Assembly (NCBI RefSeq): GCF_001194135.2
Contig: NC_068986.1
Span: 5,943,378-6,007,204, forward strand
Source of the DNA: Octopus bimaculoides
Taxonomy: Eukaryota
Length of the DNA: 63,827 nucleotides
Direction of reading: 5' to 3'
The notes beneath the pieces were generated by a model, which worked only from the letters and a program-made list of their open reading frames with translations, did no database searches and was not told the origin of the DNA. The position numbers and the translations under genes were made by a program. Of the stretch, positions 13,948-27,358 are shown in pieces; position 1 is the stretch's first letter, and every line of letters starts with the position of its first letter.

Positions 13948-14423
13948 GTATATATATATNNNNNNNNNNNNNNNNNNNNNNNNNNNNNNNNNNNNNNNNN
14001 NNNNNNNNNNNNNNNNNNNNNNNNNNNNNNNNNNNNNNNNNNNNNNNNNNNNNNNNNNNNNNNNNNNNNNNNNNNNNNNNNNNNNNNNNNNNNNNNNNNN
14101 NNNNNNNNNNNNNNNNNNNNNNNNNNNNNNNNNNNNNNNNNNNNNNNNNNNNNNNNNNNNNNNNNNNNNNNNNNNNNNNNNNNNNNNNNNNNNNNNNNNN
14201 NNNNNNNNNNNNNNNNNNNNNNNNNNNNNNNNNNNNNNNNNNNNNNNNNNNNNNNNNNNNNNNNNNNNNNNNNNNNNNNNNNNNNNNNNNNNNNNNNNNN
14301 NNNNNNNNNNNNNNNNNNNNNNNNNNNNNNNNNNNNNNNNNNNNNNNNNNNNNNNNNNNNNNNNNNNNNNNNNNNNNNNNNNNNNNNNNNNNNNNNNNNN
14401 NNNNNNNNNNNNNNNNNNNNNNN

Positions 14424-14473
<50 letters not shown>
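13790..14473. repeat. (TA)n/(TATG)n array spanning assembly gap 13960-14423
   Basis: Direct reading; explains the long X-containing ORFs. Confidence 0.95.
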
Positions 14474-14474
<1 letters not shown>

Positions 14475-14476
<2 letters not shown>

Positions 14477-14650
14477 GTGTGTGTATGTGTTTGTCCTCCA
14501 GCACGCTTGACAAGTAGTGTTGGTTTGTTAATGTTCCTGCAACTAACCAGTTTAGCAAAAGACACTGATAGAATAAGTTCCTGGAACTTGTTTGATTAAA
14601 CTCTTCAAATCAGTACTCCAGCATAGTAACAGTCTAATGACAACTGAATA
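14475..14650 (+). mobile_element. 3' half of SINE family A1
   Basis: Diverged match to 9320-9515. Confidence 0.65.
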
Positions 14651-17076
14651 ATAATGATATATATTTGAAAATCATAATTGATTTGCTTACTATATAATTA
14701 GAATTGCCATTTAAGCATTTTTTACAATATTTTATATTTACCCATAAAGTTTTTGTTCTTCAAAAAGTTCCATGTTTGTCTGAAGTCTTTTATTTCATTT
14801 AAACTCTAGGGAAAACTATCAGAGAATGTTATATACTTAATTAGCAAATAGTTAATTTATTGAAAGAAAGAATTAGTGATGATGATTAGCCTATATATAA
14901 TGTAATGTAATCCCCAAATACCCGAATTATTGTAGCTTGGATATTTTAATAATCTCACTTTCTTTGTTTGGAAAGATAAATGTAAACATGGAGAATATTT
15001 TTTCCCCCCTCTACTTTAAATCATTATAATGTAAAGGACAGATGGTCTGCTAGGAAAATGTAAGGATAGGGTAAGATTATAAAAAAAATCTTTTGCTGTC
15101 GTTTAAGTGTGGCAGGATGTTTGAAATAAAGATTATCTGATAGAACTGCCAACTCAGATTTCTTAATTGATTGCTTGTGTTTTATCAGTCAACACTGCAG
15201 ATATCCATGTTATCTGAATCTAACCCCAGCTGGGATGTCACATAAATTGGATTATCTTGGTCTCCTCTAAATACTGAAAGGATGAATTTTGAAAATCCAG
15301 AGTTAGCACTAGAAGTATTTTCTTACAGCAAAATCTTGAAATTTCTTTCTTGCCTCTTCTCTGCGTCCTCCTGTTTCCTTAGACTTCCATTCCCATTATT
15401 CTCACACAGCACTGCCACTCTTTATCTTACCTATTAGCCTCCCACTCTTGTTCTCCATTTACCTTGTGGTACCAGGTACTTTGAGTGTGTTATTTCTTAG
15501 TAAAACTGTTTGAAGACATTTATATTTGGTTACATCTTATTTCTGGTTGTAAGTCAATACTTGGAATATTCAAAATGGTTTGTAAATTGAGAAAGAGAAA
15601 TGAAAAATATATAGAAAGTAGGTAGTTGTTATAAGGGAGATCCGAAATGCAATAGGAAGTAGTAGCTGGCTATGACTTAATTCCCTATTGCCATTGTTCC
15701 TATAGTGTTTTAATTTTAATCGCTAAGAGATTCTTAGAACATGTAGGAACAAGTACAACTATCAGCTTGGATTTACTTTACAATGTTAAATATTCTTGCA
15801 AAATCTGAAATGGGAATCCTGAGAAGCTGAGAAAGCAGCTAGGCATTGATTAGTGTATGTAGGTATGAGATGACTCTATTAATGTTGATATGTGATGAGG
15901 ATGGATCTGTGAGCTGGGTGGAAAAGTGATATTTGTGCAGGTGGCTAATGGAGACAGGAACATAAAAAGACTGGAATTGAGATAGGCAGATCTGGCTTAA
16001 TGAAGTTCATTTAGATTTCATAAATTGTTGATAAATTAAGATAGTTGGTGAGAAGCTGGTTTGGAAATATAATTACTGAACCAGAAATAGTGGTGATGAA
16101 TGATAAGGATATTGTTTTTATCTAGTAAGTTCTTGACTTTTTAAATTTTTTTTTTTTTTTTTAAGAGAAATAAATACATAATCTTATATACATCCATTCT
16201 TTCCTTCACTCATTGGTATTTCTGAAATACTTATGTTTTGGTGAACCCATTTTTGCAGCAGTAATTTGAATAGTTAATATTGCCTGTCTGTTATATTATA
16301 GTTACATAGTAAATCATGCATTTGCTTTACTCCTCACTATTTCAACGAGTCACACAGTGGAGTGGATGCCATAATATAATCAGATACTTAACACAGTAAA
16401 CATTTTTACTTTGTTTCAGTTGTTGATGATAATCTTTGTATATTTTAGATTGATATTTTCTTGTTACTTGATTTCAATAAAGAGAAATAAATACTTTGTA
16501 AGCTTGTGTTCAAGTTCTTTCGAAACATGTTACTCTTTTAAGATTTGTTTGTATTGGGTTGTTCTATAATGCTAGCCAGGTGTCTGAGCTGGTTGACTCG
16601 ATCTCTTGCATAGTTTAACATTGCCACCTGGTCCTTGAGTTCCTTAAACAGAGTTATGGTTCAAGTATTTGTACCAAGTTTCTGATTTAAGGATAACTTT
16701 ATTCCTTTCTCCAGCTAGTCTTGTATGTTCTGAAAAGTTTGTGCTCATAAGTGCTGTTGAGTTTTTTCTGACTAAGCAGTTGAAAAAAAAAAAATTGTAA
16801 TGTGTTTTAAGAAAGTTTTTCTTGTACTTTCTGCACTGTTCCTAATTCTATACATATTGTAGAACATTTCAGAAAATGTTTTTAGAGCTTTTGATAAACA
16901 TTTATTGATGTTGTCTGTCTTCCAAGTGTTAGCTTTTATTCTTTTTTATTATACAGTCTTGCTGTTTATTAAAAGTGTGTAAATTGCTTTATTCAGCTTT
17001 GGAAGGGATAAAAACAACTGCAATATTATTTTAATTTAAAAGGAAATTTCTGCCTATAATCAAGACTTATCTACTT

Positions 17077-17605
<529 letters not shown>

Positions 17606-18869
17606 GAAAACAATATGTCCTTGAAGAAATACAATAAAAGTTAACAGTAACAGTAAAAATAACTCAATTGTTTGAGGATATTGACTAAAAACTAAATGTC
17701 ATGCCACCCGACTCCAGTTATACAATAAACTATAGTTTGAAAATGCTGAAGAAAGGGTTATTGTCCTTGTTGGTGTAAAGGGAGTTTGTTCATTCACAAA
17801 TAAGATAAATAACTTTATTATTCAATTTAAAAAACGTTGAACTAATATCTTCAGGTCAAGCTTCATTGTAGTTTCATGACATCACATTTAATGTTGTTTG
17901 TTAGTTTTAATCACCATATGTATGTATATATTACATACTCTATGATGGTGATGGTGGTGGTGATTATTATTATTATTTAATGTCTGTTCTCTGTGCTGGC
18001 ATTAGTTGGATGGCTTGATGGATCTGATGTGCTGAAGGACTGCATTGTGCTTTTATCTGTTTTGGTATGATTTTTAGATTTTCCTAACACCAACTAGGAA
18101 GGGAGAGAGAGAGAGAGAGAGATCTCAGTCAATATGATGAGAAAAGATGAAGTATCATGAGATGATCTGATTTATTAGTTGTAAAAGAATGGTAATGAAG
18201 AGGGCAACATAGTAGTCCGTGAGTTTTGTTTGTGGTGGGATGATATCAAACGACAGGGTGCGTATGAAAGCAGGATGAGATGAGTGAAAGCGGGAGGTTG
18301 ATCAACAGGATGGCAGCAAATGGCTTAGCAAGATATAAACATATACATATATGCATCAGAGGACTGAGATATGTGGTGCATTACTGTACTTGAGAAAATA
18401 CATTCACCATAACAGAATCGAGATCTTAAAAACCAAGGTGCCATGTAAAAAGCATTGGTCTGAGTGCTGGGGTCGTGTAAAAAGTGTGTGATGATGGTGC
18501 CATGTAAAAAGCAACAAGTACACTCTATGGAGTGGTTGGCATTCGGAAGGGAAAAGAAAATAACTTCTGAGATTTTGTATGCAAGTTTAATTGAAATTTC
18601 TTTTATATATATATATATATATATAAAAATAAATAATAAATGGAGCAAAACGCATATAAATAAAAGTTCCTTTAATTCCTACACATGTTTCAAAATATAT
18701 GAGAGCTCCTTCACAAAGAAGTAAGAGCTGCTGGAATTCCTCATATATTCCTCTTCAGGGAATTCATAAATAAACATATAAGAGCAAGACAAATACGAAA
18801 TGATGACTATTTACTCTGGTAACTATTAACATATTTACATTATCAAAGGTTTTTTTAAAACTGAGATAA

Positions 18870-18914
<45 letters not shown>

Positions 18915-19271
18915 AAATGGAACTCACCTCTTTTAAAATAAGTTAGCTTTCCTTTTTATAAAAATAAATTCTCTCTGAAGCACCTTTATTAACATAGGTA
19001 TGGGCTTTATGATCTTTGAAGAATTATATAAAGGGTTTCACAACAAAATAAATGTGGTCAATCATCCTCTGTATCTGCTTGTACTAAGCAATAACTTACA
19101 AGTAGACTTGTTACAAGTAACAAACATTATACATTGCTGAGTCAAATACATCTTCACAATGTCTGTCTGTCTGTCTGTCTAATATATCCACCTGTCATGG
19201 TATTCTTTTACTGGCTCCTGCCTGTTGGCATGTACCATACTGGGTTACTACCTTCATGATATAATTTGTTA

Positions 19272-19503
19272 TATCGGCCAGATACACCCAAAAATGTAAA
19301 TCTCACAAAGGACAGTAGGCTTACTTCAATGCAGTATCTTGTATATAAGCCTAGACATGGGAGACTATGTAGAATGATGAGGATGGTCTGATGCTGTCTC
19401 TTAACTCACCGATTCTAGTGACTATGATACTTATGAAATAAATCCTTATAGCCTTTATTTATGAGTGAACTAAACCAGTAAGAGTTGTCTTTGTCATGTG
19501 GAT
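19272..19503 (+). repeat. 232-bp direct duplication, copy 1
   Basis: Five mismatches by eye versus 20793-21024. Confidence 0.95.
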
Positions 19504-20792
19504 CAGAGCATATCACATGTATTTTTAAAAAGTCCTTACTTTGAGATTATCTGCTTATTGAAAGGAGCATTGGTATGTTGTATTTATAGTGATTTCCATT
19601 TGTAATTTTGCTTAGTAAGATATTTGAAACTGTAGGCTATTGATGTATGTGAACTTCAATAAATCTTTAATGGTGGCTCAAAATTACAAACTAAATTTTA
19701 ATAGGTGTCTGTTTTAAAAAAAATATTTAAAAAGATTCTGTATGATACATTATTTATTTTTTAATAAATTGTCATCAAAAATTGATGAATTTGTTTCTGA
19801 TGTTGTATCTTTGTTTTTTTTTTTTAAAGAATAATTCAAGCATTTAGAAGACCATTTAAAAAGCAAATGACATTACGAATACATGTATTTGTTGTAAATC
19901 TTAGTACTATTACAAAATACAGACTCTGTACTATTCATAAAGAAAAGAAAAACTAAAAATTTATTGCTATTTGTGACTGATAAGCATAGTAAAAAGAACA
20001 AGTCATGGTACTGTATGAAAAAGATGATCTTGCTAATGTTTCAGATATGTAAAAGAAATTAGTAGAAGTTCTTGTCATACGAACTGAGAAGACTAAGTGA
20101 AAGATTACATGATAAGTTTGCTTATCGTATAAATGTTACACATCTATAAACCTTTGAAAAGACTTTTGTGACTGTATGTGGGTGGGTCTCTGAATACATA
20201 GGAAATATTCGAAATGTTGTATTGATAATAACTTGTAATATGATACGTTTTTGCGTATCATATTACATTTTTATTTTTTTATTTTTAGACGGGAGACATA
20301 GTAATTGTAAAAATAAGTGGCGGGACAAAGTGGTCTTGTTTTTTCTTTGTTTGAAATGAGGATGAAAAGGAAGTGTTGAAAATTCGTGTGTATAGCGTTT
20401 TTTTGCAACATGTTATGTTGTTGTGCATAACATTGACATTCAAACCTGAGACACTGCCCTATCCAATGAGTCAGCTTCTAAGATCTGTCTGTTGGAAATG
20501 TGACCAGTGCAATTTAAAAGAAAATGTCAAGTACATGGTTGGATGATATGTAAAAATAGTGGAAGTTAGTATTTCCATTTGTGAATATACTAATAGTTGC
20601 ATTTTGTTTATGAGCTATAGTTAAGAGTTTTAATTAACTTTAAATCTTAAGTAAGTTGATATCTTTAAGGAGATAGATAAAAAAAAGATTATATTTTTTT
20701 ACTGTGTCTCATATAGTTGCTTTTCTTCTAAATGTTCTCCTTTTGCAAAAGAGCATTTATTTCCAGCATGCTCATACTTTTAATTACTTTTT

Positions 20793-21024
20793 TATCGGCC
20801 AGATACACCCAAAAATGTAAATCTCACAAAGGACAGTAGGCTTACTTCAATGCAGTATCTTGTATATAAGCCTAGACATGGGAGAATATGTAGAATGATG
20901 AGGATGGTCTGATGATGTCTCTTAACTCACCGATTCTAGTGACTATGATATTTATGAAATAAATCCTTATAGCCTTTATTTATGAGTGAACTAAATCAAT
21001 AAGAGTTGTCTTTGTCATGTGGAT
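20793..21024 (+). repeat. 232-bp direct duplication, copy 2
   Basis: Same length and colinear with 19272-19503. Confidence 0.95.
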
Positions 21025-21699
21025 ATTACAGCAGCAGTGACTGAGAATGTGTACTGTTGAGCTTTCTACTAGTAGGCTAACAACACCTTCTCAATTGTTG
21101 ACCCTTTTGTAGTAGGGAACTATTCTCCATGAGTTATTAAGTATAAGCTTTAATTTAATTGTGGAATACATTTAACATGAAAGCATATCGACATTTGCAT
21201 TCTAATGTATTCTACAATTAAATTAAAGACAAATTATTCTTAACTTATGTAAGAATACTGACTGGCCACGTTAGTAAACTAAATCTAGTAGTAGGCTACC
21301 AGCACTTTCTCAATTTCTTCTGATAGGCTTGTGACACCTCACCTGTTAGTCCTATCAGTAAGCTAATGACACTTTAGCATGTTCATGCATGACTCCTTTG
21401 TTATGTTTATAAAGGCCAAGTTATTGAAAAATGAACTAAATTTGGAAATCGAATTATTTCAGTACTTTCCTTCTTACAAGCAACATAAAAGAACATCAAA
21501 TTTTTTTGGAAATACTTACTATATTCATTCAACATTCATAAAAACATTCACTGTTGTCACATTTTATCAGTGTAAAGAAACAAACAATTGTGTACAATAG
21601 TAGAAAAAAAGTAACACACCTAAATTTCCACTACTACACCTTTTATTATAAACCATGTTGAAGGGTTTATTATACAATTTCCTCAACTTGACGTTTTAT

Positions 21700-21898
21700 T
21701 AGTTTCAGTCATTTGACTGTGGCCATACTGGAGCACTGCCTCCTAGTCAAAGAAATCGATCCCAGAACTTATTCTTTGTAAGCCTGGTACTTATTCTATT
21801 GGCCTCTTTTGCCAAACCACTAAATTATGGGGACATAAACAAACCAACATCGGTTGTCAAGTGATGGTGGAGGGGACAAACTCGGACACAAAGACACA

Positions 21899-21990
<92 letters not shown>
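21700..21990 (-). mobile_element. 3' half of a family A1 SINE; its 5' half is at 23321-23462
   Basis: Reverse complement of 9330-9515, ending in (CA)n. Confidence 0.8.
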
Positions 21991-21997
<7 letters not shown>

Positions 21998-21999
21998 CA

Positions 22000-22076
22000 T
22001 ACAGGGGTTGGACAAAATAATGGAAACACCTAGCATCATAATTTTGGAATATCTATAAAACTGTCAAAAGGTTGTT
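22000..22076 (+). mobile_element. Tc1-like transposon terminus fragment
   Basis: TA|caggggttggacaaaataatggaaacacc resembles Tc1-family TIR starts; no partner TIR seen. Confidence 0.5.
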
Positions 22077-22102
22077 TATATATATATATATATATATATA
22101 TA

Positions 22103-23320
22103 TGTCTGAAGTCTGTAGTGAGGGTGGTTGCTCTGAGAGTGCAGCGGTTAGAATAAGAATAGCCTTGTCAAAGTTCAGGGAGCTCCTACTTCTACTGGCA
22201 ACTAAGGGCCTCTTGCTCAGGATGAAAGGTAGATGGTATGATGCATGTCTGTGATCTGCCACGCTACACAGCAGTGAAACATGGGCCATGACTGCTGAGG
22301 ACATGCGTAGGCTTCAAAGAAATGATGCTAGTATGATCCGCTGGATGTGTAATGCCAGTGTGCATACACAACAGAGTGTAAGAGCCCTGAGAGAAAAGTT
22401 GGGCATAAGAAGCATCAAATGTGGTCTGCAAGAGAGACGACTGTGCTAGTACAGTCATGTGTTACATGTGGATGAGGACAGCTTTGTGAGGAAGTGCCAC
22501 TCCATAACTGTGGGAGGAACCTGTGAAAGAGGTAGACCCAGGAAGACATGGGATGAGGTGGTGAAGCATGATCTTTGAACATTGGGCCTCACAGAGGCAA
22601 TGACAGGTGACCAAGACCTCTGGAGATATGCTGTGGTTGAGAAGACCTGGCAACTAAAGTGAGATTGCAGCCATGCATGTCTGGCCCAGTTAAGAGAATG
22701 TTTGATGCGTCGGGCGATATGATATGCTTGAGAAGACCTTTTGAGTCAAGTAAAACCAATATCGTAGCTGTGGCCAGTGCCCTTGATTGGCACCCGTGCT
22801 GGTGGTATGTAAAAAGCACCATCTGAATGTGGTCAATGCTAGGTCCACCTGACTGGCACCTGTGCCGGTAGCATGTAAAAAGCACCGTCCAAATGTGGCC
22901 AATGCCAGTACCTCCTGACTGGCTCCCGTGACGGTGGCACATAAAAGGCACCATTTGAATGTGGCCAATGCCAGTACCTCCTGACTGGCTCTCATGCCGG
23001 TGGCACATAAAAAGCACCATCTGAACATGGTCAATGCCAATACCTGCTGACTGGCCCCCATGCCAGTGACATGTTAAAAAGCTCTATCCGAACGTAATCA
23101 ATGCCAGTCCCACCTGACTGGCTCCTGTGCCAGTGGCACATAAAAAGCACCCACTACACTCTCAGAGTGGTTGGCATTAGGAAGGGCATCCAGCTGTAGA
23201 AACACTGCCAGATCAGATTGGAGCCTGGTGCAGCCACTGGTTCTCCAGACCTCAGTCAAACCATCCAACCCATGCCAGCATGGAAAATGGATGTTAAACA
23301 ATGACGAGGAAGATGACGAG
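22103..23320 (+). mobile_element. 5'-truncated RTE-clade LINE (ORF C-terminus plus 3' UTR with 66-bp tandem array)
   Basis: Reads KGRWYDACL*SATLHSSETWAMTAEDMRRLQRNDASMIRWMC...RGRPRKTWDEVVKHDL*...VVEKTWQLK* with internal stops, followed by the tail ccaacccatgccagcatggaaaatggatgttaaac. Confidence 0.9.
22773..23150 (+). repeat. About six copies of a 66-bp unit in the RTE 3' UTR
   Basis: Unit starts at about 22773, 22838, 22904, 22970, 23036 and 23103. Confidence 0.9.
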
Positions 23321-23462
23321 CTTCTTTCAGTTTCCATCTACTAAATTCACTCACAACGTTTGGTTGGCTCAAGGTACTTACCCAAAGTGCCCCACAGTGG
23401 GACTGAACTCAGAACCATGTGGTTGGGAAGCAGACCTCTTACCATTCAGCCACACCTGCACC
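23321..23462 (-). mobile_element. 5' head of the family A1 SINE interrupted by the RTE insertion
   Basis: Reverse complement of 9093-9250 with a deletion. Confidence 0.8.
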
Positions 23463-24046
23463 TAGATTATATCTATTTCATTCCTTAATTTTGGATATAT
23501 ACATACACATATATATATATATAATCTGAAATTAGAGAATGGAGTAGATAAAATCCAGGCTACATATGTTTCATAGCTCACAGAACCTCAGAAGTAATAA
23601 TTGCCTGAATGAGGGGGTAATCCACTGGCTAATTGTCAGGTCAAAGATACCTTTAACCAAATGAAGTTTGCTTAGTCAGAAATTGAGAAGAAAAGGGAAA
23701 GCATATTAGTGAAGAAGTAATATGTGGGAATGGGTAAATGTCTAAATTTTTTAATGAAAAAGGAAATGAGAACGGGATGAGTAGGAAAAATGTTTGGTAT
23801 TTTCGAAGCTAACTAGAGGAATGTCTTTGTGAATTTAGGCTGGAGTCATTTATAGGTCTACTGTAGAATAAATAAGTAAACCATTAGCTATAAAACAATT
23901 ATTTCAGCTTACCGAGCTTTGATATGGGAAACATTTACAACCTTCTATATCATTAAACCTGTTCCTGAAAGTTGTTTTTATACCTTCTACGGACTGCTTG
24001 AAATTTACTAACTTCCTACATCTTAATCCTTGGATCTTACCTTTAC

Positions 24047-24099
<53 letters not shown>

Positions 24100-25937
24100 T
24101 TCAATCTTATAGGGTATAAGGTAATCCCACTAGTGCTGATGCCACATAAAATGCAGTCTCTATACCTTGCAAAGAGGTTGGTGAACGAACAAGGATGATG
24201 TGGGGTTGAGAGGATCATCACAGGCATTGCTGGAGGGGATATGACAAGGCATCTTGTCTGACATTTTAATAATCTGCCCCCCCCTCTCAGCTTGGATTGG
24301 TACTTTTTAATCAACCCTGAAAAGATGAAGAGCAAATTTGAACTTAAGCATAGAGTTGGTAGAAATAATAGTGCATTTTATTCATCATTCAAACAACTCT
24401 GCAAATTCACCATTTAGGTTTACCTTGGGCCACATGAATACACTGTCACAACCAACACTGCCACTGTCATCACCACTGCCACCAACATTAAAATTATATA
24501 CTCAGTGCTATCATAACTGCAATAAAATATCTTAATTTATATTTAGTTCTCTAAGTGCAACCTTTGAAAAACCAAGTGGGACAATTACTTTATATCTGAA
24601 TCTTGAAAATTAAGTTAATTTCTTTGCTGATATATTTATTTTCAGAGATTTTATATTATTGTGATTAATTTTTTTAAATTCCATAATCACATGCTACATA
24701 ATAACCACAAATTATCTGAAGTTATACAGAGTGTATTACAAATTGCTTTAATTCACTTTAAAATGAAATGTTGGAACAAGCTAATTAACCAGCCATTTTA
24801 ATAAGAAACTTTAATCTCAATACTTTAATAATAGGAAGAATTCAGTTTATAACATTATTGCTTGCTGAATTGTTTCCCCGATAAAGATATTTGTTTCACC
24901 CTTTTTTGTAATATATTTTTGTTTTATTTTTTGACATTTTACATCCATTTTTTTTCTCTTTATATAGGAAGAGATGATTTTTAGAAATATATTTGCATGT
25001 CTTCTGAGTAATTGTGCTTTATGGCTGGGTGCTCTTCATGTTGTCATGTAGTCATACTGACAAGTAAAATCACGTGTTTTGGTCAGTACCACAACAGAAT
25101 GACTGAGGAGCTAACAAAGGAGCTTTTATGCAGTCATCAGATCCACTACAAATAACACCCAGTTCTCTTGAATCACAGCCTACCAACTTAGAAAAGAACA
25201 TCTTGGCTAAAATGGTCTGAAGTGGGAGTAAGTGCTTTGTGTCCAGTGAAAAGATTGGATGATTATGGCTGGAATTACCTTTGATCATTGCTCTACTCAT
25301 CCAGGGCTGAACTTGAGCGACATAATGGTTGAAATGAGATTTCAATATTTGACCCTGTGGGCAATAGTTCAGCGAAGGTGCATGGCCTAATGGTTAGAAT
25401 GTTCAGGATTATCAACTTATGGGTTCAATTCCTGGGCCTGATGGCATGTTGCATCTTTGAGTGAAGCACTTTGTTCCATTTTGCTTTAGTCTACTCAGCT
25501 TTGAATGAGTACCAACTAGGTACTGGTGCAGCCCCCTCTCACTCCAGCTCTCATATACTAGATGTTATACCGGCTCAAGGATGAAAGGCTAAGAGGTTAT
25601 ATGTTTGTTCATGACTATATAGGCATCTAAAACAGTTAGTGGAAACATGATACATGTTACCCAATCATACTTGCTCATGAGTAATAGCTGGCTGTAGTTT
25701 AACTTTTAATTTCTTCCTGCTTTATATAATCTGTACAACCTTAAGTGATGATATATTTTAAAATATCTGTATGTAAATGATTCAAGGCTGCCAATCCTAA
25801 TTATTTTTTCTGAATTTTTATTTTAAAATAGTTTATAATCTTGGTTTTTTTCATGTCCCAAGTTCTGGGACATAACTCATATAATTATAAATATTTTTAA
25901 ATGAAGTTTTACCTATCTTCAGTTAGCTATTGATAGA

Positions 25938-26097
25938 TTAATCCTTTTGTTACCAAGCCGACCAAAACCAGCTCCGGCTCCATAGAACAAATGTCTTGAT
26001 TTCATAAGTTTTGCATTAAAATATACCACTAAGCCTTAGTTGCAATAATTGAAAGAAACAGAGCATCTCAAAATAAATACAGTAACGAAAGGGTTAA
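25938..26097. mobile_element. piggyBac-type MITE (family P1), internally deleted
   Basis: TTAA-tccttttgttac ... gtaacgaaaggg-TTAA; homologous to 35690-35919. Confidence 0.8.
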
Positions 26098-27194
26098 CTG
26101 TCAATTAAACATGTTTCACTCTCTAATGATATGCATACTGTTGTAGAGTGATTCTTCTGTGACTGCCTGTCCAAGCATTTAGTGTTGCTGGTGTCTGTGC
26201 ATTGTGATGTGTCATAACCTTGCTAGATTTTATATATTATTCGCTCCTTTAAATTACACTAAAAATAAAATTAAAAACAAAACAAAGGAAATTGTATGTG
26301 CCATCATTCAAGAAAGAATGGTTATAAGATCCCAAATTTTAAGGATTGGTTCCGTTGAGATAAAAGGGATAAAGAAGCTAGCTACTGTAAACACTGTAAT
26401 GTTCCTTTGAGAAATACAAATACAAATAAATTTATGCTCAGGAAATACAAGACTGTAAAACATCAGAAATGTTTTGAAGTAGCTGTGTCTAGTGTTGATT
26501 TTACTTAATTCATGAGGAAAAGAAGTTAACAGAGACTAAACAAACAGCCAGAAGTGAGCTGCATTGCAGATAACATTTTCTTTGCAAGCATTGATCATCT
26601 GAAAGTATGTAATAAAGCATTTCCGACTGTAAAATAGCTAAGAAATTATCAATGAAAATAACTAAACTTTTATGTGCTGTTGAGGATGGACTAATCTCGA
26701 TGATTAATGTATGAATTATTGTTTAACAGCAGATGATTTACTAATCATCATTGTCATCATCATTATTTAATGTCCTTTTTTTTTCATGCTGACATGAGTT
26801 GGATGTTTGATGTGAACTGATGAACCAGCGGGCTGTGTGCCAAGCTCCAATGGTTTCTACAATTGGATGCCCTTCCTAATGCTAACCATTTCACAAAGTG
26901 TACTGGGTACAATTTTCATGGCATCAGCACTGGTGAGGTCACCAAACTCCTCAGCTGAGTGGAGATATAGAAATATTTAGGATAAAAGGGGACTTCATAA
27001 TTTAAAATATGATTTGTAACCCAATTTTATAATTAATTTAGTTGTCTTGCCACACATGCCAGTATGCATAGAAAAAATATTGTTGTATATGACACTAACT
27101 CTTTCAAAGCAGAGACTTTGAAAGGTAAAATTTCTTAGAAAGCACTCTATTACTAGAAATGGTATGGAAAGTACTACATAAAAGATTGGTAAAG

Positions 27195-27358
27195 AATTGA
27201 TTAAGGAATTGGAAGACACTAAGATACTTAGTAAAATTGATTAAGAACTTGGAAGACATAAAGATATTTAGTAAGTAAAAAGTACTTAGTAAGTGAAAGA
27301 TATTTAGTAAGAGATATTTAGTAAATAAAAGATATTTTATAAGTAAAAGCTATTTAGA
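27195..27358 (+). repeat. Degenerate AT-rich tandem repeat (aagatatttagtaag core)
   Basis: Two copies of about 42 bp followed by several shorter core repeats. Confidence 0.7.

Noticed and set aside
13774-14599. Long ORFs of 200-270 aa here and at 41822-42541 and 61655-61870
   Set aside because: They read through N-gaps and (TA)n; X codons hide stops.
19370-19480. C/D-box snoRNA in the duplicated segment (ATGATGA then CTGA)
   Set aside because: No terminal D box at a suitable distance and no terminal stem; the motifs are expected by chance.
22589-23061. Repeat-protein ORFs on the minus strand
   Set aside because: The 66-bp unit is a multiple of 3, so frames stay open; the region is the antisense of an RTE 3' UTR.
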